Below, one piece after another: positions 50,638 through 60,223 of a DNA stretch of 64,000 bases (positions within the stretch are counted from its first letter, which is position 1; every line of letters starts with the position of its first letter). Source of the stretch: an uncultured Gammaproteobacteria bacterium (lineage in GTDB: Bacteria; Patescibacteriota; Patescibacteriia; JAHIZJ01); contig CAYJKP010000001.1 of assembly GCA_964371245.1 (NCBI GenBank), forward strand, positions 571,042 to 635,041, written 5' to 3'. The translations under genes were made by a program, and so were the position numbers. The notes beneath the pieces are model-generated. The model was not told the origin of the DNA. It made no database searches and saw nothing but the letters and a program-made list of their open reading frames with translations.

Positions 50638-50740
50638 AATCGGTATTCACAGATTATCAGACCACAACATGGCTGTCAAACTTGGCTCGTAATTAACCTG
50701 GGAATTATTTTAGCCACGCTGGCCACTACCGTATAAAAGG

Positions 50741-51328
50741 TTATTGCACTCTAAACATTTTCCCGTGCCCCGGCACGATATAGTCCGCGCGCTGTAATAC
50801 GGTTTTACGACTATCGTGCAAAGCGACATTATCCTTGAGATACGGATCGGCGTGATTCATCAGGCTTCGCTTGTCCGTTTTCTGATGTTCGTGATCATAC
50901 CACCAGAATACATCGCCCGCGACGGCGACGGTGCCGTACTGCGTCGATGGAACGATAACAGTGCAATGAAACGGGTCGTGGCCAGGCGTTTTTATGATCT
51001 CGATGTCCGTTCCGGGAACTTTTCCACCATGTGATTTGATTGCCCCGTCCCAGGAATATGTCTCCGTAACATCGAGAATTTTAGCCTTTTCAAAAATTCC
51101 GGCTAAGAGTACGTGATCGAGATGATAATGAGTCACAATCACATAATCTATGTCAACCGGGGCGAGGCTTTCTGTTTTTAATGCAGCCAGCAATCGTCCC
51201 CGGTCCATGCCCGGATCAACGATAATATGCAGGTCGTTCCACCGAATCAGCGTCGTTGAGGCCGAAGCGACCTCGCTGCCTTTTTCAGTTCGGACAAATC
51301 CCTCTAAAATAACTTTGAGTTGTGTCAT
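50741..51328 (-). CDS. MBL-fold metallo-hydrolase
   Basis: THYHLDH, TPGH, AGD, PGHG. Confidence 0.92.
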   Translation of the reverse strand: MTQLKVILEGFVRTEKGSEVASASTTLIRWNDLHIIVDPGMDRGRLLAALKTESLAPVDIDYVIVTHYHLDHVLLAGIFEKAKILDVTETYSWDGAIKSHGGKVPGTDIEIIKTPGHDPFHCTVIVPSTQYGTVAVAGDVFWWYDHEHQKTDKRSLMNHADPYLKDNVALHDSRKTVLQRADYIVPGHGKMFRVQ

Positions 51329-51332
51329 ATTA

Positions 51333-51953
51333 TTACTCCTCTATTAACGTATATAGATCGTCCATGTTTCTAAAGATATAATCCGGCTGAGCCGCCTTTA
51401 ACCGTTCTTCCGTGTACGCGCCCCAGCAAACACCCGCGGACAGGATACCGGCATTGCGACCCACTTCTATTTCATAATCACTATCACCAATGAAGATGCT
51501 AGCATCGGCTGCCAAGTCGTATGCCTGTACGATTTCCCGTACCGCCTCGGCTTTTTCATGAACTTCAGACACTACTTTTTCAAACACTCCGTTTAATCCA
51601 TATTCGTCGATCTCACGAAGAATGTGTATTTTCGGATCCGAGCTGACCACGAATAATTTCACGCGGCGGTTTCGACAGCGTTGCAGAAATTCAACCATGC
51701 CCGGATAAACTTCTGGTTTTGGGCACCGTTCATACGCGTCACGGTAAATCGGATGCTGCTGGTCGTTGGTCAAATCGGGTAGATAGCGATTATAAAACTT
51801 CATATACGGCATTTGCCAGACATTTCTGAATTCATCCAGCCCTATCTCCGCGACTCCAAAATGTTTCAGTACGGCCATGGCAGCGCAATGCGTCGTCCTG
51901 ACGTTATCATTTATGACGCCCGACCAGTCAAAGATGATGTTATGGATCATCAT
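51333..51953 (-). CDS. HAD family hydrolase
   Basis: FDWSGV, VSS, IGDS..E. Confidence 0.9.
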   Translation of the reverse strand: MMIHNIIFDWSGVINDNVRTTHCAAMAVLKHFGVAEIGLDEFRNVWQMPYMKFYNRYLPDLTNDQQHPIYRDAYERCPKPEVYPGMVEFLQRCRNRRVKLFVVSSDPKIHILREIDEYGLNGVFEKVVSEVHEKAEAVREIVQAYDLAADASIFIGDSDYEIEVGRNAGILSAGVCWGAYTEERLKAAQPDYIFRNMDDLYTLIEE

Positions 51954-51954
51954 T

Positions 51955-52557
51955 TTATAATACTAATAATTTCTTCAATATCCGCTCAACGCCTTCCACG
52001 CCGACGAACGAATGCGCCCGTATCCCCAACTTTCCGGCGATCGCCACATTGTGTTTGGAGTCATCAAAATAGAGGCATTCTTCGGGCTTGAGTTTATTTT
52101 CCCTGAGAATCTTTTTATACGCCCGGGGATCCGGTTTGACATAACCGGTCTGCCAGGAATAGTAAATTCGGGTAAACAGTTTTTTCATAAACGGGAAGGT
52201 GTTCCGGTAATACGCCGCGCGCTCGCGAAAATTATTCGACAAGATGAACATCTGAATTCCCCGCTGCCTAACCTTCCTGCCCAGACGTATCATTGGGACA
52301 ACGGGCTTTTCGTCCTTGAACCAATAATTGAAGAATTGCGTCTTTGACAAAGCAACGCCCCAGATCCGGAAATGCTTCCGCCAATAGGAAAACAAATCCC
52401 GTTCGTTCGGCCGTCTGGCCTTGTTTAGGGTTTTTTTCAGCACCGGCATAAAAACGGCCGGCGGCACTCCGAAATCATCCCGGAAGCGGTCGCTTAAATA
52501 CCGGCTCTGGATGAAAACGCCGTTTAAATCGAATATGATAGCTTTGATCTTTTTCAC
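51955..52557 (-). CDS. HAD family phosphatase
   Basis: FDLNGV, LSNN, KPDP, YFDD; GTG start chosen. Confidence 0.9.
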   Translation of the reverse strand: MKKIKAIIFDLNGVFIQSRYLSDRFRDDFGVPPAVFMPVLKKTLNKARRPNERDLFSYWRKHFRIWGVALSKTQFFNYWFKDEKPVVPMIRLGRKVRQRGIQMFILSNNFRERAAYYRNTFPFMKKLFTRIYYSWQTGYVKPDPRAYKKILRENKLKPEECLYFDDSKHNVAIAGKLGIRAHSFVGVEGVERILKKLLVL

Positions 52558-52607
52558 GCAAGCACAGTATACCAATAAATATCTGGTCTCGCCACGCCAA
52601 GATAGTT

Positions 52608-52811
52608 TTACTGCTGACCCGGCTCTATTCTCTGTACCCGACCAACTTCTCCGCTTTCTAAACGAACCTTTATCCCCCGCGGGTGGAAGCCGGAGCTGGT
52701 CAGGATGTCCTTAACGACCCCATCGGTCAATTTGCCCGTTGGCTGGTCTTTCTTTAACACAACAGATACGCGCAAACCGGGGTAAATATCGTCTCTCTTT
52801 TGACCGTCCAT
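52608..52811 (-). CDS. YwbE/DUF2196 family protein
   Basis: VLKKDQPTGKLT.G.V..ILT...HPRGIKVRL..G.VGRV. Confidence 0.9.
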   Translation of the reverse strand: MDGQKRDDIYPGLRVSVVLKKDQPTGKLTDGVVKDILTSSGFHPRGIKVRLESGEVGRVQRIEPGQQ

Positions 52812-52873
52812 TACTATCACCCTTGTTTTTTATTGCTGCGGTTCAATCTGAATATTTCGACCGGATCGGTGGC

Positions 52874-53692
52874 CTATTCGGCAATCGTAATCGGTACTGA
52901 TGATGCTTCGGTTCCGTTGACATTAAACTTTATGGAGTACTGCCCGGCCGTTGCAGGCAGCGCAAAGCAACAGTTGCCATTGGTCCCGTTGATAAGATCA
53001 AATTGCATGCTTGGACCATCAACGACTTGACCGGCACTATCAGCCACGCTGAAGGTCAGTTTTGCCCCAGTTGAAAAAGTTCCCGTCGCACCAAACCCGA
53101 ATTGGTCGCCTATTTTGAAATCCGTCGTCGTGGTGTACCTCGTGCTTGGATCAAAGGTCGTGCCAACCGGTATGCGTTGGAGCTCAACATTGGTTATTAC
53201 ATTTGTGCCGCTCGTATTGGTAGTATTTGTGTTGTTTGTGTTGCTGTTAACTGGATTTAAATTTATTACCGAAACGGTCAGGCTGCCGCAGGCGCGATCA
53301 GCGCATTGTAATTGATAGGTCCCGCCCGGGTCAGTGTTGACGATATTCGTTGAAAAAACGCCACTTGTAGATCTAGCGTCCGTTCCAACAAAGATGAAAT
53401 CAACCGGCTGATTATCACTGGTCAGCGTCACCTGCACATTGTCGCCGGCGTAAAAAGTCATCGTATTGTAATTGAACGCGCCGTTTACCAGTTTTAAGGT
53501 AAAAACCTTTGTCGTGCCCGACATTGTAAATGGGGCTTCCCCGGGATTGGTATTTGTGTTAACTGCGCTGTTTTCGTTTTCATTACTGTTTGTCGTTGTA
53601 TTCGTGTTGGTGTTTTTTGCCTTGCCGCAGCCAACCAATAGTGAAACTGCGACAATCATAATGGCAGACATTAACAGTCTTTTGTTGTTCAT
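52874..53692 (-). CDS. Lipoprotein with Asn/Thr-rich linkers
   Basis: LVGC lipobox, two NT tracts separating beta domains. Confidence 0.8.
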   Translation of the reverse strand: MNNKRLLMSAIMIVAVSLLVGCGKAKNTNTNTTTNSNENENSAVNTNTNPGEAPFTMSGTTKVFTLKLVNGAFNYNTMTFYAGDNVQVTLTSDNQPVDFIFVGTDARSTSGVFSTNIVNTDPGGTYQLQCADRACGSLTVSVINLNPVNSNTNNTNTTNTSGTNVITNVELQRIPVGTTFDPSTRYTTTTDFKIGDQFGFGATGTFSTGAKLTFSVADSAGQVVDGPSMQFDLINGTNGNCCFALPATAGQYSIKFNVNGTEASSVPITIAE

Positions 53693-53754
53693 ACATTCTC
53701 CTTGGAAGTATTATTAATCAACGTCACTTTTAATCATTATATCACGGTGGCAAT

Positions 53755-56490
53755 CTAGAACAAACCGCCTGCCACATCCACTCCGCCACGAAATGTTTGC
53801 CCATAAGCGAAGAAACTCACCGCCAGAGCGCGGCCGTTCGCTTCGAATGCCCGAACCTGTGGTCCGCCGCCGGGGCCGGCGCCGGTGATTATTTCCATTT
53901 TCAAATCATGGTCAATATCCAGCAGCGTAACATTGGCGCCAACCTCCGCTGATCCATAGGCGTTCCACTCGCCGATAATCGTTTGCTGTGAATTGTAACG
54001 GTATACCTTTATCCTGGCCGTACCTTTTTTCAGAGGCGCGACGACGATCTCCGCCTTGCCATCGTTGTCGACGTCGCCGGCGGCCACGTCAACGCCCGTG
54101 CGTGAATCAGGCCGAAAGGCGAAAAACGATATCGGCTTAATTTTACCGTTCTTGTCGCCAGCTTTGTAGTCAAACACGACAATGTGAGGCCCGCCGCCGG
54201 TGCCGGCGCCGATGATCAATTCGTCGCGGCCATCGCGGTCGACGTCGCCCATAGCCACAGTCGCGCCGCATTCGACGTTGCCGAAAACATTCCGTTCAAA
54301 CAAGATTGTTTGTTTTGCATTGTAGCGGTACACCTTCACCCAGGCCTGCGCGCCCGAAAATTGGGAGACGGCGATGTCATCCTTGCCGTCCCCGTCAAAA
54401 TCACCGCTCGCCACGTCAATGCCGCCGCGGTAATTTTTATGAAAAGGAAACAATTGAATGGCTCGTGGCCTTCCGTTTTTCTCGAACACCCGGACTTGTG
54501 AACCGCCGCCGGGGCCGGCGCCGGTGATGATTTCAGCCTGGCCGTCATCGTCAATATCGCCAGTGGCCACCCGCGCCCCGCCCCGAAAAGCCGTATTATA
54601 GGCGAATAAACCATTCGGAAAATAATCAGCAACGCCCCGGATATTAAAGGCGCGGATATGAGCTGTCCCGCCAGGACCGGCGCCGGTGACGATGAGAGGA
54701 TTGATTATGTTTACAGCGAAAAACGAGGCATGGTTAACCGTAAAACTGCAAACGCCGCTGGCAACCGTGCAGTACGTCTCATTCGCCCAGGCCACGCCGT
54801 TTTCATCCAATGATTGAATCTGTAACGCCTGGTCGTTGTATTTCACCCCGACGATGAGCGAAACGGTAACCGGCAGGCTGAATTCAAGGTTCAGGTGAGG
54901 AATGCCGAATCTAATCGTCGCGATCGTTTTTCCCGAGAGATTGTTATCAATAATCTCATCAACGCTGAAGGCTTCGTTGATCATTTTGTAAAACGCAAAC
55001 TTGCCGCCTTCTTTCCTCGTGACCACCGTGTTTTCAGGAAACGTAACCGTGGCTTTATCGGAACTAAACGCCCATTCTCTCTCGATCACCAAGCGGGACG
55101 TCTCAACCGTATTGGAAATGGTCAGGCCGGAAGCGCCTGGAAACAAGGCGTTCAGATCATCAGCATATAAATATTCATCGTTCCCCAGCTTGTCGACCAA
55201 GAGCAGATATTCCACTTTCCAGACTCCTTCTTTGCTCGACTTGGGAAACGTGGCCATCGCCTCATATTCGCCGTTCAACTCATTGCCGGATAGACGCGTC
55301 AGGTTGGTAAAATCAACGTATTGCGTGCCGATCAGCGGCGATAGACGCAATTGCGTCTCACTGCTGTTGTAATTGCCGCAGTCACCGGCGATGCACACGC
55401 CCGACTGGTTGTCGGTTAGGGTCACATGCAGCGTCAGCGTCTGGCTGGCCTCGCTCGTGTTTATTTCCGTTGGCGTTACCTCAAACGCCGTTATCTTCGG
55501 CTGCTCTTCATCAGACACGCTACCGTTATTGACGATGTCAGTGGCGCCGTCGCCGAACAAGGCTTCCACGTCAGTCGCAGACAGAAATTCATTGTTACCA
55601 ATTTTATCATTCACAAATAAATAATCGGCGGTCCACGTTCCACCCTTGCTCCCTCGGGGGAAGGTCGCGGTACTAGTGTAAGTACCGTTTAAATCATCGC
55701 CCGACGTTCGGGTGAAACCGGAAAAATCCAGCATTTGCGTTCCACTCGGGGCTTTCAGGCGCAGCTGGGTGGCGCTGCTAATGTAGTCGTCACAATCGCC
55801 TGGAATACAAACGCCCGCATACTCATCAGTCAGCGTCATGGTCAGGGTGACTTCGACATCTACTTCATCCGTATTAATCGTGCTCGGCGATAGATGAAAA
55901 GCGGTGATTTCGGGCCGGTCGTCGTCGTAAATCGTGGCAGTGTTTTGCACGTCGGTTACGCCATCGCCGAACAGCGATTCAAGGTCATCTTTATACAAAC
56001 TCGTACTGTTTCCCAGTTTATCTACCAATAACAGACTGTACGCGCTCCAGATTCCGTTCAGGCTGTATCGTGGCAGTGTCGCGGTCGCCGTGTACGTGCC
56101 ATTCAGGTCATCACCAGAAGTTCTGGTCAGGGAGGCGAAATCAATCCATTGCGTTCCGCTCGTCGGCAACAAGCGAAATTGGGTTTCGCTGCTATGGTAG
56201 TCGCCGCAATCACGGGCGATACACACTCCCGCTTGATCGTCAGTCAGGGTCATGGTTAACGTCAGCTCTACTCCGGCCGGGCCGGTATTCACAGAATCGG
56301 GCGTGAGATTGAAGGCGGTCACCTGAGGTGGAGTTTTGTCCTCGGCCGCCTGGGCCGTAAACATGTTCGAAAGTTTAGTGAAACCAATCGGCAACATCAA
56401 AAAAACCATCATGGTTAGCGCGATGGTTTTCAAAATCCTCTTTTTATTACCGAAAATGCGACTCGTCGTAGGCTGGATAATGGTGTTCAT
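53755..56490 (-). CDS. Secreted surface protein: three ~140-aa repeats plus FG-GAP/VCBS propeller
   Basis: Repeated P.ITAF...LTDD..GVCI..DC...DKLGN; GD.D.DG..EII.GAG.GG repeats. Confidence 0.88.
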   Translation of the reverse strand: MNTIIQPTTSRIFGNKKRILKTIALTMMVFLMLPIGFTKLSNMFTAQAAEDKTPPQVTAFNLTPDSVNTGPAGVELTLTMTLTDDQAGVCIARDCGDYHSSETQFRLLPTSGTQWIDFASLTRTSGDDLNGTYTATATLPRYSLNGIWSAYSLLLVDKLGNSTSLYKDDLESLFGDGVTDVQNTATIYDDDRPEITAFHLSPSTINTDEVDVEVTLTMTLTDEYAGVCIPGDCDDYISSATQLRLKAPSGTQMLDFSGFTRTSGDDLNGTYTSTATFPRGSKGGTWTADYLFVNDKIGNNEFLSATDVEALFGDGATDIVNNGSVSDEEQPKITAFEVTPTEINTSEASQTLTLHVTLTDNQSGVCIAGDCGNYNSSETQLRLSPLIGTQYVDFTNLTRLSGNELNGEYEAMATFPKSSKEGVWKVEYLLLVDKLGNDEYLYADDLNALFPGASGLTISNTVETSRLVIEREWAFSSDKATVTFPENTVVTRKEGGKFAFYKMINEAFSVDEIIDNNLSGKTIATIRFGIPHLNLEFSLPVTVSLIVGVKYNDQALQIQSLDENGVAWANETYCTVASGVCSFTVNHASFFAVNIINPLIVTGAGPGGTAHIRAFNIRGVADYFPNGLFAYNTAFRGGARVATGDIDDDGQAEIITGAGPGGGSQVRVFEKNGRPRAIQLFPFHKNYRGGIDVASGDFDGDGKDDIAVSQFSGAQAWVKVYRYNAKQTILFERNVFGNVECGATVAMGDVDRDGRDELIIGAGTGGGPHIVVFDYKAGDKNGKIKPISFFAFRPDSRTGVDVAAGDVDNDGKAEIVVAPLKKGTARIKVYRYNSQQTIIGEWNAYGSAEVGANVTLLDIDHDLKMEIITGAGPGGGPQVRAFEANGRALAVSFFAYGQTFRGGVDVAGGLF

Positions 56491-56564
56491 GCCTACTTTT
56501 ATGTTAATGATAAAAGCGGCCTATATGTGCATAGTACCACATAATATCAGTAATTTAAAGCGGC

Positions 56565-58325
56565 TTACCGAATGAACCCGCCTGCTTGAAGCTCCCAGAG
56601 ATGTTTATACAGTCCGTCATTTTTTTGCAAAAGCATCTCGTGCGTCCCTTCCTCGACGATGCCGCCTTTGTCAATGACAATAATCCGATCCATTTTTCTG
56701 ATCGTCGAGAGTCGATGCGCGATGGCCAGCACCGTTTTTCCGGCCATCAATCGGTCGAGGGCTTCCTGAATTAACCGTTCAGACTCGGAGTCCAGGCTTG
56801 ACGTCGCCTCGTCGAGCACCAAAATCGGCGCATCGTACAAGATGGCGCGAGCAATCGCCACCCGCTGACGCTCCCCGCTCGATAGTTTCACGCCGCGCTC
56901 GCCCACATGCGTATGATACCCTTCGGCCAGCGTTGAAATAAACTCATGGCAATTGGCCGCTTTGGCCGCGGTAATTACTTCATCGTCAGAAGCGCCCGGT
57001 TTTCCATACCGAATGTTTTCCATTAAACTCCGATGGAAAAGAATGGGGTCCTGAGGTACGAGACCGATCTGACGGCGCTGGCTCCGCTGCGTGACGTGCG
57101 CGATATCCTGTCCGTCAATGAGTATCCGGCCAGCGGTGACGTCGTGCATGCGCAGGAGAAGTTTGACCAGCGTTGTTTTACCAGCACCGGACGAGCCGAC
57201 AATGGCGAGACGCTCATGCGGCGCCACCTCGAGTGTAAACTGACGCAATACGGACCGCGTCTGTCGATAATTAAAATCAACCCCTTCAAATTGTATTCGG
57301 CCAGCGCTGACCCAGAGATCGCGCGCGCTTGGCGCGTCCGTCACCTCGTAGGGCGTTTCTAGAATCGCAGTCATTTCGTCCGCATCAGCCAAGCTTTCAT
57401 AGATGTGACGGATTACTTTGCCGAAACTCCAAATGCTCATGAACATGTTGATCAGATACGCCTGGATTAATACGAAATCCCCAACTGTCAGGATACCCTG
57501 TTTCCACAGCTTTATCGCGAGATAAAAAATACCGATTTCAAGAAAGGTCATGAGAAAACCTTGGACCGCTTCAAAATAATTACCAAAGTCCCAGGTCAGG
57601 CGACGTAATCGACGCAGTTCTTCGTTTATCGCCCCAAAGCCTTTCACTTCCCGATCATACCCGTCAAATAGCTTGATGGTGCTCTGATTTGTAATCGTAT
57701 CCGCCAAATACCCGGTCGTCTTCGTTTCCGCCTCGCTTCGCTGAATGTCATATTTCAATTTATAGCGGATAAAGAACGCGTTGATGGTAAAGAATATGAC
57801 TAACCAGACCAAAACGCCAACGCCCAAATAGGTATCGCGTTGAAATAATACGGCGATAATGATCGAGATGTTTACCACGAGCGGCAGTAAATCCCACAGC
57901 ACCCGGTCTGAAATAACCTCAAATGACCGCCCGAACCATTTTACTTTTTTGACCAGCGACCCGACGAAATTATCGGTAAAAAAACCAAACGAATGATTCT
58001 GGAGGTACGCAAAGCAGTAATCGGTCAAATCGGTCATGGCCTTGGATTGTGCATAACTGGCGGTGAAGGTGGCCACTCGCCAACAAACCCATTGAACCAA
58101 GCGTAATACCCCAATAATTATCAATACTGATATTAGTTCTTTCGCGATAATGTCCTTCGCACTACCGTTCGTGAGAATGTCAAAAAACTTTTTGAAATAG
58201 AGCGGGACGATAACATTTAACACTGAGGCGGCGATTACCCCGGAAATGGCAAAAGAGACGGTTTTTTTATACCGCAAACTCGCGGACCAATAATGGGCTA
58301 AAGTTTTTCTCGTGTTTTGATTCAT
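56565..58325 (-). CDS. ABC exporter (fused TMD-NBD, ABCB type)
   Basis: 6 TM, GSSGAGKTT, LSSGERQR, LDEATSSLD, AHRLST. Confidence 0.95.
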   Translation of the reverse strand: MNQNTRKTLAHYWSASLRYKKTVSFAISGVIAASVLNVIVPLYFKKFFDILTNGSAKDIIAKELISVLIIIGVLRLVQWVCWRVATFTASYAQSKAMTDLTDYCFAYLQNHSFGFFTDNFVGSLVKKVKWFGRSFEVISDRVLWDLLPLVVNISIIIAVLFQRDTYLGVGVLVWLVIFFTINAFFIRYKLKYDIQRSEAETKTTGYLADTITNQSTIKLFDGYDREVKGFGAINEELRRLRRLTWDFGNYFEAVQGFLMTFLEIGIFYLAIKLWKQGILTVGDFVLIQAYLINMFMSIWSFGKVIRHIYESLADADEMTAILETPYEVTDAPSARDLWVSAGRIQFEGVDFNYRQTRSVLRQFTLEVAPHERLAIVGSSGAGKTTLVKLLLRMHDVTAGRILIDGQDIAHVTQRSQRRQIGLVPQDPILFHRSLMENIRYGKPGASDDEVITAAKAANCHEFISTLAEGYHTHVGERGVKLSSGERQRVAIARAILYDAPILVLDEATSSLDSESERLIQEALDRLMAGKTVLAIAHRLSTIRKMDRIIVIDKGGIVEEGTHEMLLQKNDGLYKHLWELQAGGFIR

Positions 58326-58359
58326 TGTCTGATTTTGAATAATTCCCGGCGAAAAAGCC

Positions 58360-58435
58360 TGGCTCCGGGGGGTGGACTCGGACCACCGACCTCTCCGTTA
58401 ACAGCGGAGCGTTCTACCAGCTGAACTACCCCGGA
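58360..58435 (-). tRNA. tRNA-Asn(GTT)
   Basis: TCCGGGG...CTCCG-CTGTTAA-CGGAG...CCCCGGA-GCCA cloverleaf; T-loop TCCGAGT. Confidence 0.95.
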
Positions 58436-58465
58436 ACGGGGTTCGGGACAAGTCCCGGAATAAAT

Positions 58466-58491
58466 AAAAACTGCCAGTCGGTCTGACTGGC
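58466..58491 (-). terminator. Attenuator terminator upstream of tRNA-Asn
   Basis: GCCAGTC-AGACC-GACTGGC-AG-TTTTT. Confidence 0.8.
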
Positions 58492-58521
58492 GAGATGACG
58501 CGTTAAACGTAAACTGGCCAG

Positions 58522-58572
58522 TCAGAACTGGTTAAAATTATTAACGCGGATCATCAAGTTGCTTCTTGTCAT
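58522..58572 (-). CDS. Putative Asn-sensing leader peptide MTRSNLMIRVNNFNQF
   Basis: 4 of 16 codons Asn; stop codon inside the antiterminator strand; ATG 6 nt after -10 TATCAT. Confidence 0.75.
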   Translation of the reverse strand: MTRSNLMIRVNNFNQF

Positions 58573-58578
58573 ATAATT

Positions 58579-58607
58579 ATGATACACCTGATCGCGCATT
58601 TCGTCAA
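58579..58607 (-). promoter_or_regulatory. Sigma70-type promoter of the leader/tRNA-Asn unit
   Basis: TTGACG-17nt-TATCAT. Confidence 0.7.
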
Positions 58608-58712
58608 CGAGACCTTGACAAAATAGCGTTTTTTGGATATATTGGTCTGTTCATTGTTCAAAATAACCAGTACAATGATAGTAGACGCTTAGAATATTAA
58701 CCAATTACGAAC

Positions 58713-59453
58713 ATGATCGAAAATCCTGAACAAGAACGTGCCTTACGGCGCGAGATGGTAAAAAGCCATGAGTTGCCTGGCCGCGGTTTTAATATTGAAA
58801 ACCTGCCCGGCGAGCGCTCCGAAACAATCAATGAGCTTGGGTATCCGAAAACTGATACGATCCGCGATCCCGAACAGATAATCATGCGCGACGGAAAACA
58901 AGAACAGGCCAAGGTTTGGGAAAAGCGCTGGGATTATAAACGCGAGCAAGGACCTGACAACCAGTGGCGGGATACTGAGGAAGTGATGTCAATCACAGAA
59001 ATCGAACGTGAATATAGCAATAACGGTCAGACCGAACTTGAACGCGGCCGGCATCAGATGCGCGAGCATGATTGGGAAACCCTGCGCAATTTTGATGAGC
59101 GCGGCACTCTGACGAAGGAAGCAGGCAAGGTCACCGCCGGCGAGAAAAAGGGCGAACACTGGGAAGTCAATATTGAGCGAACCCAGGTCGGCTCCTATAC
59201 CGAGATTGTCGAGACGACTACGGGCGAACGAGCCGTCACAACGGCTGGCCAGACGATACTTGAGGCCCATCGGACGGTTAAGGTTCAGTACCGCAACGCT
59301 GATAACACAGCCATTTTCGGCTGGAAACAAACGGAGGGCGATCCGGCCAGCCACCACAGCTGGGGCGTGAAACCCGTCGACCTTTTACCTGGCCAGCGCC
59401 TACGCGAGCCATTGGATTTCTTTAATGAAAAAGGCGAAGAAACAGAACAATAA
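58713..59453 (+). CDS. Hypothetical acidic protein
   Basis: 246-aa ORF with own promoter (TTGACA-17-TATATT) and terminator at 59467-59496. Confidence 0.75.
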   Translation: MIENPEQERALRREMVKSHELPGRGFNIENLPGERSETINELGYPKTDTIRDPEQIIMRDGKQEQAKVWEKRWDYKREQGPDNQWRDTEEVMSITEIEREYSNNGQTELERGRHQMREHDWETLRNFDERGTLTKEAGKVTAGEKKGEHWEVNIERTQVGSYTEIVETTTGERAVTTAGQTILEAHRTVKVQYRNADNTAIFGWKQTEGDPASHHSWGVKPVDLLPGQRLREPLDFFNEKGEETEQ

Positions 59454-59507
59454 ACTCGATCAATATAAAAACCGCTGCCCGATGACAGCGGTTTTTGGTT
59501 GGCTCGA

Positions 59508-60047
59508 TTATTTTTGCTTCCGATGATTTAAAAATAATTGAATGGCCGCGACGGTTTGGCTATCTTTAATTCGACCATCACGGATCATTTTCAGTATTTG
59601 CGTCAGCGAAAACCCTTTCACGCGATCGACTTCGCCGGTATCAAAATTACCCGCCTTCACGCAGCCCTCAGCTAAAAAAACCGTATAGCCCTGCGTATGG
59701 TGCCCGCAGGCTAGCCACAGATGGCCGAGACGGGTCATCGTTTTTGCCTTCAGGCCGGTTTCCTCGGTCAGTTCGCGCCGCGCCGAGGTGACGATGCTTT
59801 CCCCTTTTTCCCAATCGCCAGAGGGAAATTCCCAGGCCATTTCGTCCACGGCATACCGATAGAGCCGGATAAGATAAATCAACTTGCCTAACACGGGTAT
59901 GGTCAGGCCGTAGTCGCGCTTGTCGACTATGCCGTACGTGCCGCGAACGCCGTCCGGCCGGACGAATTTCTTCTCCCAAACCGTCATCCAGTGGTTCTGA
60001 TAGACGATCTTTTTTGATAATGTTTTCCAGGATTTCTTTGACTTCAT
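59508..60047 (-). CDS. NUDIX hydrolase (ADP-ribose pyrophosphatase-like)
   Basis: G..EKGE....ARRELTEETG Nudix box. Confidence 0.93.
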   Translation of the reverse strand: MKSKKSWKTLSKKIVYQNHWMTVWEKKFVRPDGVRGTYGIVDKRDYGLTIPVLGKLIYLIRLYRYAVDEMAWEFPSGDWEKGESIVTSARRELTEETGLKAKTMTRLGHLWLACGHHTQGYTVFLAEGCVKAGNFDTGEVDRVKGFSLTQILKMIRDGRIKDSQTVAAIQLFLNHRKQK

Positions 60048-60223
60048 GGTATTCATTATTATTCGCAAGCTTTCATATCCATTGTAGCTGGCCATGGAAA
60101 AATACACAAACAACGCCCTTGCCTCTGTTGCGCAAGTATGGTAAAACGCAGGTATTACCGCCGTTTCTCCCGGCAGTTACGGCACCCAACCAGACGCCCT
60201 ATCTTCAAGGAGGAGTTTATTCA

